Below are positions 18,183 to 28,828 of a stretch of 64,000 nucleotides of DNA, piece by piece. The stretch covers positions 1,707-65,706 of the forward strand of contig JAWXTG010000007.1 of the NCBI GenBank assembly GCA_044433705.1, read 5' to 3'. Position 1 is the stretch's first letter. Every line of letters starts with the position of its first letter. The notes beneath the pieces were generated by a model. It was not told the origin of the DNA. It was given only the letters and a program-made list of their open reading frames with translations, and did not search any database. Source of the DNA: Rikenellaceae bacterium (lineage in GTDB: Bacteria; Bacteroidota; Bacteroidia; Bacteroidales; Rikenellaceae). Both the position numbers and the translations under genes were made by a program.

Positions 18183-21100
18183 ATGAAAATAAAGGTTATA
18201 TTGAAGTTTTTGGCAATATTTTTATTGGTTGTCATTGGTCTATGCAGTGCGGTTATCGGGCTTGTAGCCACTCCAGAGTTTCTCACGCCGCGCGTTGTGG
18301 CGATTGCTCAGCAGAGCATTAAGAGCGATTTTTCGCTTAAGAGCGTCGACCTGTCGCTGTTCAACCGCTTCCCTAATATCACACTTCGCATTGATTCACT
18401 GCGTATTACGCAGACTAAAGATAGCATCAACGACCTGCTTTTTGCGCGGGAGTGCCGCGTTGCGGTCGACCCCGTGGCGCTACTTTTCAAGCGCGTTGTG
18501 ATCAATCACCTTGCACTGCGCGATGCCCAGCTCTACGTCTATGTCGACTCGCTGCATGGCCCGCTTAAAACCTTCAACCTGCCTGCTGAGGCGGACGAAA
18601 CTCCAATCGAGGAGTGCGATTCCGTATCCTCGTCGTTCGACATTGGCGACTATAGCCTGCTGCTGCGTCGCGTACGTGTCGACTCGATGCAACTTGTTGT
18701 GGATGACCGCACTAGAGAGTTCTATACGAGGGTCGACAACTTCGGATTAAACATGTCGCTCAACCTCTCGTCGAGGGTTAGCCGACTGGGTGTCAACACG
18801 GGCTTCGACAACCTCATTGTGTGGCATAAGGGCGATCTGCTGGTTAAACGCACCTCGATGGCGCTCGATGCAAAGATGCTTCTGGATCTCGATTCGATGA
18901 AGTTGAACTTCCGCCAGGCCGACGTGCGCCTCAATGGAATTGACTTCAAATCTACGGGCGAGCTGCGCCGTGACTCACTCTCTAGCAACATCTTAGTCAA
19001 TGTCTCGTCGTCGCTGAACACCCCCTCGCTCGCCGAGTTCTTGACGCTGATTCCATCCTCGATGATCGATGGCAAGGAGAAGATCTCGACGGAGGGCGCC
19101 GTGGCTCTCGACTTCCAAATCGAGGGTGCGTATGGCGATGATGTTATGCCGACGCTCATGGCGACAATCGATATCGACAAGGCCAAGGCGCGCTACGCTT
19201 CGCGCAAGATTTCGCTCGAAAATGTCAGCTGTAACGGCTCGGTCTACCTGGATATGAATACCCCGAGCCGCTCCTACGCCGACATTAAGAGGCTGCAGAT
19301 CAACACTTCCGACATTATCAATCTCGACGTTAGCGGCAAGATGACCAACTTTATCGACTCGCCTAATGTCGACCTATCGATCAAGTCGGACATCGACTTC
19401 GATCGCTTCACCGAGGTCTTCCCGCTCAATGAGGGAATCATCTGCAGCGGCACGAATGTTAGTAATATTGAGACTAAATTTGCGGTGGCCGACATGATGA
19501 ACGGCAACTACGCACACCTATATATAGAAGGGGAGTCGATCTTCAACAACCTCGAATTTTCGTTCGACGCGAGTAAATTCGCCCAAGATTCATCGTCGAC
19601 GGCCTACCTCGACATGAAGGCTAACGAGGGCAAGATGCTCTTCGGAGATCGGATTGCGCCCGACTCGACCAATAGCCGAACGCTGCGCTCGAAGGTCAAT
19701 TTCTCGGGAATAAACTACAGGGCTAAGAGCGGTGAATACCTAGCAATCAAGGATATAGAGCTTACTGCAGGTGCGAACTTCGACCGCACAACATCGGCCA
19801 TCAATGGCCTTGGACTGCGCGGTATAGCCAAAAATACCGACGTGGGCGTGGATAGCCTCTTTAGCGCCTCGCTGGAGAGCTCCGACATCTCGTTCATAGT
19901 GATGCCGAAGAACGAGAAGCGACAGACGAAGGTCAAGGCGAATATCAACAGCGAACATATTGTGGCAGAGGAGCCTAGCTTCAACTCAGACATGTCGCTT
20001 TCGTCGGTTACCATGGCGCTGGACATCGAGCAGAAGAGCGACGATGAGAAAGATTGGGGCGTTGCGGGCACCGTCAGCTTCTCCGATTTTGGCATGTATA
20101 GCGACCTCTTCCCCCTCGATGTGAAGATCCAGAAGAGCAGTGTGTCGCTGGCCGACAAAGTCATATATCTCAAAAATGCTGAGCTCTCAGTTGGTGAGAG
20201 TCAATTAGTTGCGACGGGACACATCTCAAATTTGATACGTAAATTCTTTGTCGATCCTCGCCTTGCGCTCAGCGGCGAGCTCTCGATCCAAGCGCCGCTG
20301 CTCAACATCACCGAGCTTATCGAAGCGTCGAACAAGAGCTTCCTTCTGCTCGAAGAGCTGAGCGACACGGAGGAGAGCGCGGAAGAGAGTGCGGAGACAG
20401 CCGACCAGACGAGCGACGAGACGACCGTAATGGTGGCAATCGCCGAACCCGACTTAATCAAAATAGATGAGGTGGCCAACCATGTAGAGGTTGCAGAAAT
20501 AGCTGTAGAAGAGACAGTTGAAGTAGTTGATGTCGCAGAAGTTGCCCCTACAACTCAAGCACCTGAAGCACCCGAAATCACGGAGGTAGCAGAGGCAGCA
20601 ATCGACAGCACAAAACTTTCAGAGAGAAGAGCAGGCACGACGCCAACCGACTCATTGAGTTCACGTGATGGCGGAGACTCTTTGCGCCGCGGCCCAAGTC
20701 GCGAGCCAATGGGTTACGACAGCGAAAACAGCATGCTCTTCCTGGTGCCTCGCCGCGTGGAGTTCGTCTTTGATCTCAATGTCGAAAAGGCTCTGTTCGA
20801 AGATGCTGTAATCGAAAATGTGGAGGGCCGAGCAACTATCAAACGAGGCGCCCTCACCCTCGAAAAGCTTAGTCTAGAGGCAATTGGCGCCGACGCAGAG
20901 GGCTCAATGATATACAGCAATGTTGGTCGAACATCGGCAAATGTCGCCTTCAACATGTCGCTCATTGGGGTCGATATCAACCGCATTGGCGAGTTAATGC
21001 CCTCGGTGAACGCCATGTTCCCGATGCTCGAGTCGTTCGAGGGCATCGTCGATTTCGACATCAAGGCCAACACCAACATCACCAGCGAGGCCGAGATCGA

Positions 21101-21524
21101 TATCTCGACACTGCGCAGCGCCATGCAGTTCAAGGGCCGCGACCTAGTCTTGATGGATAGCGAGACCTTTGCCGACCTCTCTAAGACACTGATGTTCAAG
21201 AATAAAGATCGCAACCTGATCGACTCAATCGAGGCCTTTGTCTTGGTGAACGAGTCGACGGTCGACCTATTGCCATTCGAGATGTCGATCGATAGATATA
21301 CGGCCATTATCGGTGGCTCTCAGGTGATCGATCCTCAGACTTTTGATATTGATTATCAATACAATATATCGATCATGAAGTCGCCCCTACCATTCAAGGC
21401 GGGCGTCGACATCAACGGCAATCTCGAGGATTTCAGCTTTAAGATCACAACCGCGAAGTTGAAAAATACAGATTTCGACGAGCAGCGACGCATTTACGAG
21501 GAGTATCGCGACTCGATAAAGTAA
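18183..21524 (+). CDS. AsmA-like (bridge-like lipid transfer family) protein
   Basis: N-terminal TM anchor, LSLFNRFPNI, beta-rich body, C-terminal LMFKNK...IDS...PF..D.Y...YNISIMKSPLPF; promoter TATCTTTG at 18152-18159. Confidence 0.8.
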   Translation: MKIKVILKFLAIFLLVVIGLCSAVIGLVATPEFLTPRVVAIAQQSIKSDFSLKSVDLSLFNRFPNITLRIDSLRITQTKDSINDLLFARECRVAVDPVALLFKRVVINHLALRDAQLYVYVDSLHGPLKTFNLPAEADETPIEECDSVSSSFDIGDYSLLLRRVRVDSMQLVVDDRTREFYTRVDNFGLNMSLNLSSRVSRLGVNTGFDNLIVWHKGDLLVKRTSMALDAKMLLDLDSMKLNFRQADVRLNGIDFKSTGELRRDSLSSNILVNVSSSLNTPSLAEFLTLIPSSMIDGKEKISTEGAVALDFQIEGAYGDDVMPTLMATIDIDKAKARYASRKISLENVSCNGSVYLDMNTPSRSYADIKRLQINTSDIINLDVSGKMTNFIDSPNVDLSIKSDIDFDRFTEVFPLNEGIICSGTNVSNIETKFAVADMMNGNYAHLYIEGESIFNNLEFSFDASKFAQDSSSTAYLDMKANEGKMLFGDRIAPDSTNSRTLRSKVNFSGINYRAKSGEYLAIKDIELTAGANFDRTTSAINGLGLRGIAKNTDVGVDSLFSASLESSDISFIVMPKNEKRQTKVKANINSEHIVAEEPSFNSDMSLSSVTMALDIEQKSDDEKDWGVAGTVSFSDFGMYSDLFPLDVKIQKSSVSLADKVIYLKNAELSVGESQLVATGHISNLIRKFFVDPRLALSGELSIQAPLLNITELIEASNKSFLLLEELSDTEESAEESAETADQTSDETTVMVAIAEPDLIKIDEVANHVEVAEIAVEETVEVVDVAEVAPTTQAPEAPEITEVAEAAIDSTKLSERRAGTTPTDSLSSRDGGDSLRRGPSREPMGYDSENSMLFLVPRRVEFVFDLNVEKALFEDAVIENVEGRATIKRGALTLEKLSLEAIGADAEGSMIYSNVGRTSANVAFNMSLIGVDINRIGELMPSVNAMFPMLESFEGIVDFDIKANTNITSEAEIDISTLRSAMQFKGRDLVLMDSETFADLSKTLMFKNKDRNLIDSIEAFVLVNESTVDLLPFEMSIDRYTAIIGGSQVIDPQTFDIDYQYNISIMKSPLPFKAGVDINGNLEDFSFKITTAKLKNTDFDEQRRIYEEYRDSIK

Positions 21525-21535
21525 ATTATGTGCCG

Positions 21536-22429
21536 TTACCCCTTGTGCACGCCAGCGTATGAGCGTATTACCATGGTCACGCCCGAGATAATTATTGCCC
21601 CGAAAATCAGGGTACTCCAGTGCAGTTTGCCAAGCCCCAACCAAACAGAAATGGAGATGGCTAGCACGGGTTGCAGATAACTATAAACACCTGATATCGT
21701 GGGCGTAACCCGCCCAAGCGCGTAGTTGAGCAGCAGGTTTGGCAGAAACGTAGGCACGGTGATGACAAAGAGCGCCATCACCCACACATGCGCAGGTAGT
21801 GAGGCGAAATCTGTGTGCGCAATTGGGCCAAAACTAAAGGGCAAAAACATCAGCGACGAGAGCGAGTAGACCCATCGCAACAGCGTCAAGGGGCTATATT
21901 TCTTGAAGATGGGCTGCAGCCAAACCATGTAAAAACCAGCTGCAATTGTGTAGACAAACATCAACGCGTTGCCTCCCAAAATTGAGGTCGCCTTACCCGC
22001 GCTGCCGCCACTTAAGATAACGGCCAAGGCGCCACCCATCCCCAGCGCAATACCTATAACTCGCTGAGGGGTAAAGCGATCCACGCCCATCAAAACCGAA
22101 ATCACAAGCGCCATAACTGGCAGCAACGAAGCGATGATCGAGGCGTCGATAGGCGTTGTAAGCGAGAGCCCGAAGATGACAAAACCCTTACGCATCAACC
22201 CCGAGAGCACCGCCGCAGCCACCATATATTTAATGTCGCTCCGCTCGACGTGCTCGGCACGGCTCCACAAAAGCGGTACAAACGAGAGCGCCGCGGCAAC
22301 AAGCAACGAGAGTTCGAGCATGGCCGCCGCGCTGATCCCCTTGCCCATGACAATGTGATAAAATGGGTAGTTGATGGCCCAAATCGAGTTGCACACAAAA
22401 AGTGCTAAGTGAGGTTTTATTCTGTTCAT
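21536..22429 (-). CDS. DMT/EamA family transporter
   Basis: About 10 TM segments, IWAINY, TTPIDAS, YLQP. Confidence 0.85.
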   Translation of the reverse strand: MNRIKPHLALFVCNSIWAINYPFYHIVMGKGISAAAMLELSLLVAAALSFVPLLWSRAEHVERSDIKYMVAAAVLSGLMRKGFVIFGLSLTTPIDASIIASLLPVMALVISVLMGVDRFTPQRVIGIALGMGGALAVILSGGSAGKATSILGGNALMFVYTIAAGFYMVWLQPIFKKYSPLTLLRWVYSLSSLMFLPFSFGPIAHTDFASLPAHVWVMALFVITVPTFLPNLLLNYALGRVTPTISGVYSYLQPVLAISISVWLGLGKLHWSTLIFGAIIISGVTMVIRSYAGVHKG

Positions 22430-22644
22430 AAACGACTTTCGCGCAATTTTCGCGCCACGCAAACATCCATTTTATTCCTAATTTTCATGGAATTATTTTT
22501 TTACAGAAAAATGTGAAAAAAATAGGCAAAATCTCCTATCTTTTTGTTAATTTTGCAAACGACTATTTGTACGCTTACCTTAGTTGAAAAAATAATTTAA
22601 GTGAGGTGGGGTTAACAAGCTGATAATTAATAAAATACAATAAT

Positions 22645-23664
22645 ATGGGACTATTTGCATTAACTCAAGAGTTAGCAATAGATTTAGGTACAGCAAATAC
22701 GCTTATCATCTACAACGGCAAAGTTGTGGTCGATGAGCCTTCGATCGTTGCACTCGACGTGCACTCGGGCAAGCTTATGGCCATTGGCCAGCGCGCTCGT
22801 CAGATGTTCGAAAAGACAAATCCAAACATTCGCACAATTCGCCCTCTCAAGGATGGCGTGATTGCCGACTTCAACGCCACTGAGCTCATGCTCAAGGGGT
22901 TGATCAAAAAGGTGAAGATGTCGGGCTCGCTCTTTGCACCCTCGCTTCGCATGGTCATCTGCATCCCTTCGGGGTCGACCAATGTCGAGATCCGTGCTGT
23001 GCGCGACTCGGCGGTCCACGCAGGTGCTCGCGAGGTATTTATGATCTTCGAACCGATGGCCGCAGCGCTTGGCGCTGGTCTCGATGTCGAGGCTCCCGAG
23101 GGTAGCATGGTTATCGATATCGGCGGTGGAACCTCCGAAATCGCCTGCATCTCGTTGGGAGGTATCGTCTGCTCGGAGTCGATCAACGTTGCAGGAGATG
23201 TCTTCACAGCTGACATCCAAAACTATGTACGTCAGCAACATAACATCAGAATCGGAGAGCGCACGGCCGAGGCTATCAAGTGTTCGATTGGCGCTGCGAT
23301 GACCGAACTCGACGACGCACCCGAGGATTTTGTTGTTACGGGACCAAATATGCTTACGGCGCTTCCTCAGACCGTCAAGCTCAACTACGCCGAGATCGCC
23401 TACGCGCTCGAGAAGTCACTGGTGAAGCTCGACGCAGCGTTGATGAAGGTGCTCGAGTCGACACCACCCGAGCTCTACTCCGACATAGTGCGCAACGGAA
23501 TCTACCTAGCTGGTGGTGGAGCCTTGATCCGCGGCCTTGATCGTCGTCTCTACGAAAAGACAGGCATCCAGTTCCACATCGCCGAGGATCCACTTCGTGC
23601 CATTGCGCGCGGAACGGGCGTAGCTCTCAAAAATATCGATCAGTTCTCATTCTTAATGCGATAG
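22645..23664 (+). CDS. mreB: Rod shape-determining protein MreB
   Basis: IDLGTANT, RPLKDGVIADF, EPMAAA, DIGGGT, LAGGGAL. Confidence 0.97.
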   Translation: MGLFALTQELAIDLGTANTLIIYNGKVVVDEPSIVALDVHSGKLMAIGQRARQMFEKTNPNIRTIRPLKDGVIADFNATELMLKGLIKKVKMSGSLFAPSLRMVICIPSGSTNVEIRAVRDSAVHAGAREVFMIFEPMAAALGAGLDVEAPEGSMVIDIGGGTSEIACISLGGIVCSESINVAGDVFTADIQNYVRQQHNIRIGERTAEAIKCSIGAAMTELDDAPEDFVVTGPNMLTALPQTVKLNYAEIAYALEKSLVKLDAALMKVLESTPPELYSDIVRNGIYLAGGGALIRGLDRRLYEKTGIQFHIAEDPLRAIARGTGVALKNIDQFSFLMR

Positions 23665-23696
23665 AGAGAGCGTCGACATGTAATAGGTTATTGATT

Positions 23697-23737
23697 AAAC
23701 TGCGCCTAGCAACCCAAAGGGAAGCAGTGCGCAGTTT
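23697..23737 (+). terminator. Hairpin between mreB and mreC (partial terminator or stability element)
   Basis: AAACTGCGC / GCGCAGTTT inverted repeat. Confidence 0.4.
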
Positions 23738-23759
23738 GATATTTTAGATGTAATTAACA

Positions 23760-24596
23760 GTGTTTCAGTTACTTGAATTCATACGCTCAACCTACGTTGT
23801 AGTCCTCTTTATCATCGCCGAGATGGTTGCCATCAGCCACTACGCATGGTCGAGCAGCTACACGCGCGCCAAGATATTTGTTGTTTCGAACAGCATGGTG
23901 GGGGGTGTAAATGGGGCTCTTCGCAGCACCGTTCGCCTTTTCGAACTTCCCAAGGCAAACCGCGAATTGGTGGAGCGCATATCGCAACTCGAGGCGGAGT
24001 TGGACCTGCGCACCGAGCATCTTACCGAGAATCTCGACCCCTCGCAGATCATCTTCGACAACCCCTCCTACAACTACATCGTTGCCAGAGTTGTCTCCAA
24101 CTCGATCAACAAGCAGGACAACTATATCGTTCTGGATAAGGGCGTTGACGATGGAGTCTACGAGCGCATGGCGGTGATCACCCCCGCGGGCGAGATGTTG
24201 GGCTACGTTGCGGGCTGCACAAGCCACTATAGCGCGGCGCTCTCGCTACTGAGCAATAGCTTCACCACTAGCGGCAAGCTGCTGTATGGCGACGCCTACG
24301 GGTCGATTCACTGGAGTGGGCGAGATCGTTACAGGCTATCTATGAAGGAGTTATCCAAGTACGAAAGTGTGAACGTCGGCGACACAATCGTCTCGACGGG
24401 CTTCTCGAACATCTTCCCAGGCGATGTGAGAATCGGAACGGTCGCCTCCTATGAGTTCAACGAGATGCGCACCGCCTACAATGTCGAGATCGACCTAGCT
24501 GTCGAGATGACCTCCATCGACTACGTTCTGCTGGTGGGAAGTCGCGATAGCGGCGAGATCGAGGAGCTCCTCCAGGAGGTGGAGAGTAATAATTAA
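23760..24596 (+). CDS. mreC: Rod shape-determining protein MreC
   Basis: TM segment, coiled coil, ARVVSNS..K..NYI.LDKG, GDTIVSTGFS; synteny. Confidence 0.92.
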   Translation: MFQLLEFIRSTYVVVLFIIAEMVAISHYAWSSSYTRAKIFVVSNSMVGGVNGALRSTVRLFELPKANRELVERISQLEAELDLRTEHLTENLDPSQIIFDNPSYNYIVARVVSNSINKQDNYIVLDKGVDDGVYERMAVITPAGEMLGYVAGCTSHYSAALSLLSNSFTTSGKLLYGDAYGSIHWSGRDRYRLSMKELSKYESVNVGDTIVSTGFSNIFPGDVRIGTVASYEFNEMRTAYNVEIDLAVEMTSIDYVLLVGSRDSGEIEELLQEVESNN

Positions 24597-24631
24597 CCCT
24601 GAGTTGAAATTATTAACTAACTAGTTTACAG

Positions 24632-25147
24632 ATGTTTCGCACACTACCATATATCGCACTCTTTCTCACAGCGGTGCTCTCGCAGATCTTCATCTTCGAC
24701 AATCTCTCGACAAGTGTACTTGTCGCGCCGCTTGTCTATGTGGTCTTTATCGCGCTGCTGCCAGTCGAGAGTTCCCAAATCTTGATGCTTGGCGCGGGCG
24801 TGGTCACAGGCTTTGTGCTCGATGCCACGATGGGCACGGCGGGGCTAAACTCAATTGCAACCATTTTTATTGCTTTTTTTCGCGCCCCAATCTTGCGCCT
24901 AATCGTTGGCAGTAAGCGCGTTGCGGAGCGAGGCGTCCCCTCAGAGATCCTGCTCGGCGATGGCGACTACATCCGCTATATAGTCACGCTGGTGGCACTT
25001 CACCACGCTGTGTTCTTCCTCTTCGAGGCGCTCACCGCATCGCATATCCTCTACACGCTGCTCCGCTTCACGGCCAGCACACTAATCTCAATTCTCTTTG
25101 TCTGGCTCATCGCGCGCCTCTTTAACTCCAATAATCTCCTTAAATAA
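24632..25147 (+). CDS. mreD: Rod shape-determining protein MreD
   Basis: Hydrophobic 171-aa protein between mreC and pbp2. Confidence 0.85.
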   Translation: MFRTLPYIALFLTAVLSQIFIFDNLSTSVLVAPLVYVVFIALLPVESSQILMLGAGVVTGFVLDATMGTAGLNSIATIFIAFFRAPILRLIVGSKRVAERGVPSEILLGDGDYIRYIVTLVALHHAVFFLFEALTASHILYTLLRFTASTLISILFVWLIARLFNSNNLLK

Positions 25148-26982
25148 TGAGCTGCAGCAGAGACGAATTTATACGCATGAGGGTGCTGCAAGGTGTTGTG
25201 ATACTGATCTTTGCAACAATCTTGATCCGCCTGTTCAACCTGCAGGTGCTCTCGCCGCGCTACAAGGGGTTGGCCGACGGAAATGTGCTGCGTCGCGAGG
25301 TGCTCTATCCACCTCGAGGCGAGGTCTATGATCGTAATGGTGAGTACCTTGTGCAGAGCCGCGAGTGCTTCGACTTGATGGTGATATACCGCGAGGTCGA
25401 CCGCAAAAATCTCGACTCGGTACGCCTCTGCGAGATCACGGGGCTCTCTCCCGCAAAACTCACGCGCGAACTCAACAACGCCAGAATGATGCCCCGAGCA
25501 CCCCGCTTGCTGGCCAACTACCTGTCGACCGAAGAGAAACTGCTCTTCGACGAGGCCTCATTCGCGGGCTTCTACACCGTCTATCGCACTGTGCGTCAAT
25601 ACCCTCGCAGCATCGGTGGCAACCTCCTTGGCTACGTGAGCGAGGTGAACCAGTCGATCCTTGATAAACGCCCCGAATACCGCGCTGGCGAATATATCGG
25701 CATGTATGGTGTCGAGTCAGCCTTCGAGGATCAACTTCGTGGCACAAAGGGAGTTAAGGTGACCAAAGTCGATAGCCACGGCGCTATCAAGGGCAGCTAC
25801 ATGGATGGAATCTACGACACTCTGCCCGAGCAGGGGCAGTATCTCGTCTCGACGATCGACGCAAGACTTCAACGCTTCGGCGAGGAGCTAATGCGTGGCA
25901 AAGTCGGCGCCGCAGTGGCCATCGAACCCGCTACAGGTGAGATCCTTATGATGGTCTCATCGCCCTCCTACGACCCCGACGATCTGGTGGGGCGCGACCG
26001 CGGAAACAACTACATGAAGTTACTCAACGACCCCCAACGACCGCTCTACAACCGAGCTGTGACGGCGCGATATCCACCTGGATCAACCTTTAAATTGGTG
26101 CAGGGACTCATCGGTCTGCAGGAGGGTGTACTCACTACTAATCAGACATATAGCTGCCACGGAGGTTTCCACTACGGCAACCGCGTGCTGGGGTGCCACC
26201 CCCATAGCGCCCTGACCGATCTGCGCAGCGCGGTGGCCTGGTCGTGCAACACCTACTTCTGCTACGTCTATCGAAATATCCTCGATAATCCCGCATACGG
26301 CAGCGTCAAAAAGGGCTTCGACCAGTGGCGCGACTACGTCCTGAGCTTCGGTTTCGGCCGAAAATTGGGCTCCGATTTCTTGAATGAGGGGGCTGGATAT
26401 GTCCCCGATGTGGCATTCTACGACAAGCGATATCGCGGTTCGTGGAACTCACTAACGGTGATTTCGCTCTCCATCGGGCAGGGCGAGCTAGGATGCACGC
26501 CGCTACAGATGGCCAATATGGCAGCGATCCTGGCAAATCGCGGACACTACTATATTCCTCACATTGTCAAAGAGATAGAGGGTGTCGACTCCTTGGACAC
26601 ACGCTTCTATGAGCGACAATACACCATGGTCGACGCCAAACATTTCGAGCCCATCGTCGATGGCATGTGGGCTAGTGTCAACGTTGGCAACGACGGTTGG
26701 TTCAACAACGCATATGTTGCAGGGCTAGATATTTGCGGCAAAACTGGCACCGCCGAAAATCCCCACGGCAAGGACCACTCCACCTTCCTCTCCTTCTCTC
26801 CGCGCAACGACCCGAAGATCGCCATTTCGGTCTACGTCGAGAATGGAGGCTTCGGAGCAACCATCGCGCGACCCATCGCCAGCCTAATCCAAGAGTTCTA
26901 CCTGACCGACACCATCACGCGACCCGCGCTGCTCAAACAGGTGCAGGATATGAAGATAAACTACCCGAATTATGCGAAATAG
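25147..26982 (+). CDS. mrdA: Penicillin-binding protein 2
   Basis: RGEVYDRNG, YPPGSTFK, SCN, GKTGTAEN. Confidence 0.93.
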   Translation: MSCSRDEFIRMRVLQGVVILIFATILIRLFNLQVLSPRYKGLADGNVLRREVLYPPRGEVYDRNGEYLVQSRECFDLMVIYREVDRKNLDSVRLCEITGLSPAKLTRELNNARMMPRAPRLLANYLSTEEKLLFDEASFAGFYTVYRTVRQYPRSIGGNLLGYVSEVNQSILDKRPEYRAGEYIGMYGVESAFEDQLRGTKGVKVTKVDSHGAIKGSYMDGIYDTLPEQGQYLVSTIDARLQRFGEELMRGKVGAAVAIEPATGEILMMVSSPSYDPDDLVGRDRGNNYMKLLNDPQRPLYNRAVTARYPPGSTFKLVQGLIGLQEGVLTTNQTYSCHGGFHYGNRVLGCHPHSALTDLRSAVAWSCNTYFCYVYRNILDNPAYGSVKKGFDQWRDYVLSFGFGRKLGSDFLNEGAGYVPDVAFYDKRYRGSWNSLTVISLSIGQGELGCTPLQMANMAAILANRGHYYIPHIVKEIEGVDSLDTRFYERQYTMVDAKHFEPIVDGMWASVNVGNDGWFNNAYVAGLDICGKTGTAENPHGKDHSTFLSFSPRNDPKIAISVYVENGGFGATIARPIASLIQEFYLTDTITRPALLKQVQDMKINYPNYAK

Positions 26983-28420
26983 CCGCTCATCATCGCTCTT
27001 TGTTGGGGTCGATCCCATCGCCGTAATACTCTACGTCCTACTTGTTGTGGCGGGCGTGATGAGTATCATTTCGTCGTCGTTCGATGAGTCGTCGACAAAC
27101 TTTTTCGCCTTTTCGCACTTCTACATCAAACAGGCGGTATGGGGTGGCGTGGCCTTCTTAGCCGCTATGTTTGTGCTACTTATCGACGCCAGCTCGTTCC
27201 ACAAATATGCCTACCTACTCTACGCTTTTGGCATCATGATGCTCCTTTTGACCTTCGTGCCAGGCGTTGGAAAGGAGGTCAATGGTGCGCGCGCATGGTT
27301 GGGCTTCGGGTCGTTCACCATCCAGCCCGTCGAGATCGCCAAGATCACCACTGCGCTGGCCATGGCACGCGTGATGTGCGACTACTCGTTCTCGATCAAC
27401 AACCGCGGCGACATGTTCAAAGTGGCTGCTATTCTGCTACTTCCGCTGATGATCATAGTGCTGCAAAACGACACTGGGTCGGGAATCGTACTCGGCTCAT
27501 TCATCTTTGTGCTCTACCGCGAGGGGCTCAATAAGTGGCTGATTATCCCCATCCTACTGATCGTTTTCCTATTTATTATATCGTTCCTGCTCTCGCCCAT
27601 CATGCTGCTAATGCTCTCCCTCGGCGTACTTACGCTCTGCGATATGATGATTAATCGCACCTGGCGAGTCAACATCGCATATCTGGCGAGCATCACCGCA
27701 GCGACTATAATCCTGCAGCTCTGCTCATTTTCACTGGCTGAAACACCCCTGACACTCTTCTCGTCACTGATGTGGGTGGTGCTACTTTCGCTACCTATAG
27801 TGATCGTCTACGCACTACGCAAACAGCTATCTACCACGCTGATAATGATAGGAATGTTCCTGCTGAGCATGATCTTCCTACCCACCACCGACTACATCTT
27901 CAACTCGATCCTCAAGGACCACCAGCAGAAGCGAATATTGACCTTCTTGGGGCTCATCGACGACCCGCTCGGCACGGGCTACAACGTCAACCAATCGAAG
28001 ATCGCCATCGGCTCTGGAGGGCTCACGGGCAAGGGCTTCCTACAGGGCACACAGATCCGCTACGGCTTTGTCCCTGAGCGACATACCGACTTCATCTTCT
28101 GCTCTTTGGGCGAGGAGTGGGGCTTCGCTGGAGCGCTGGTTGTGCTGCTTCTCTTCGTGGGGCTGATCCTGCGACTATTATATATGGGTGAGCGGCAGGA
28201 GGAGGCCTTCGCGCGAGTCTACTGCTACGCCGTCGCCTCGATTCTCCTCTTCCACGTCCTGGTCAACGTCGGAATGACAATCGGCCTGATGCCCGTGATG
28301 GGAATTCCGCTTCCGCTCATGAGCTACGGCGGCTCGTCGCTGGTTGCATTCACCATCCTTATTTTTATCGCAATACGCCTCGACTCCTTCTCGCATCGCG
28401 ATCAATCACTTAGAATATAG
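26972..28420 (+). CDS. rodA: SEDS glycosyltransferase RodA
   Basis: GARAW...IQPVEIAK, QNDTGS, SKIAIGSGG, PERHTDFIF, SYGGSS. Confidence 0.93.
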   Translation: MRNSRSSSLFVGVDPIAVILYVLLVVAGVMSIISSSFDESSTNFFAFSHFYIKQAVWGGVAFLAAMFVLLIDASSFHKYAYLLYAFGIMMLLLTFVPGVGKEVNGARAWLGFGSFTIQPVEIAKITTALAMARVMCDYSFSINNRGDMFKVAAILLLPLMIIVLQNDTGSGIVLGSFIFVLYREGLNKWLIIPILLIVFLFIISFLLSPIMLLMLSLGVLTLCDMMINRTWRVNIAYLASITAATIILQLCSFSLAETPLTLFSSLMWVVLLSLPIVIVYALRKQLSTTLIMIGMFLLSMIFLPTTDYIFNSILKDHQQKRILTFLGLIDDPLGTGYNVNQSKIAIGSGGLTGKGFLQGTQIRYGFVPERHTDFIFCSLGEEWGFAGALVVLLLFVGLILRLLYMGERQEEAFARVYCYAVASILLFHVLVNVGMTIGLMPVMGIPLPLMSYGGSSLVAFTILIFIAIRLDSFSHRDQSLRI

Positions 28421-28426
28421 ATAGTT

Positions 28427-28816
28427 ATGAGCCAAGTTAGAATAGATAAATACCTCTGGGCAGTGCGCATTTTCAAGACTCGAAGCGACGCTGCCGATGC
28501 CGTGCGCAACAACCGCGTACTGGTCAACGACGCCTACTGCAAACCCTCACGCGAGGTGAAAGTGGGCGATCAAATCAGTGTCAAGAAGATGCCCGTAACC
28601 TATCGTTACAAGGTGCTCGACCTGGTCTCGAGCCGCCAGGGCGCCAAAAACGTGGAGCCATACTGCATCAACATCACCCCACAAGAGGAGTTGGATAAAC
28701 TCAACGCACCTCGCGAAACAATTTTCGTCGCTCGCGATCGCGGAACGGGCCGCCCAACAAAAAAAGAGCGACGTGAAATTGATGATATGATGGATGATCT
28801 CTACCTCGACGACTAG
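28427..28816 (+). CDS. hslR: RNA-binding S4 domain protein (Hsp15)
   Basis: RIDKYLWAVRIFKTRS, GRPTKKERR. Confidence 0.88.
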   Translation: MSQVRIDKYLWAVRIFKTRSDAADAVRNNRVLVNDAYCKPSREVKVGDQISVKKMPVTYRYKVLDLVSSRQGAKNVEPYCINITPQEELDKLNAPRETIFVARDRGTGRPTKKERREIDDMMDDLYLDD

Positions 28817-28828
28817 TCGAAAAGAGAG

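Noticed and set aside
17957-18322. Small ORFs overlapping repeat copies (17395-17682, 17957-18322, 46481-46663, 46485-46733)
   Set aside because: Frames, starts and lengths are not conserved between copies; the shared peptide merely reflects the end motif
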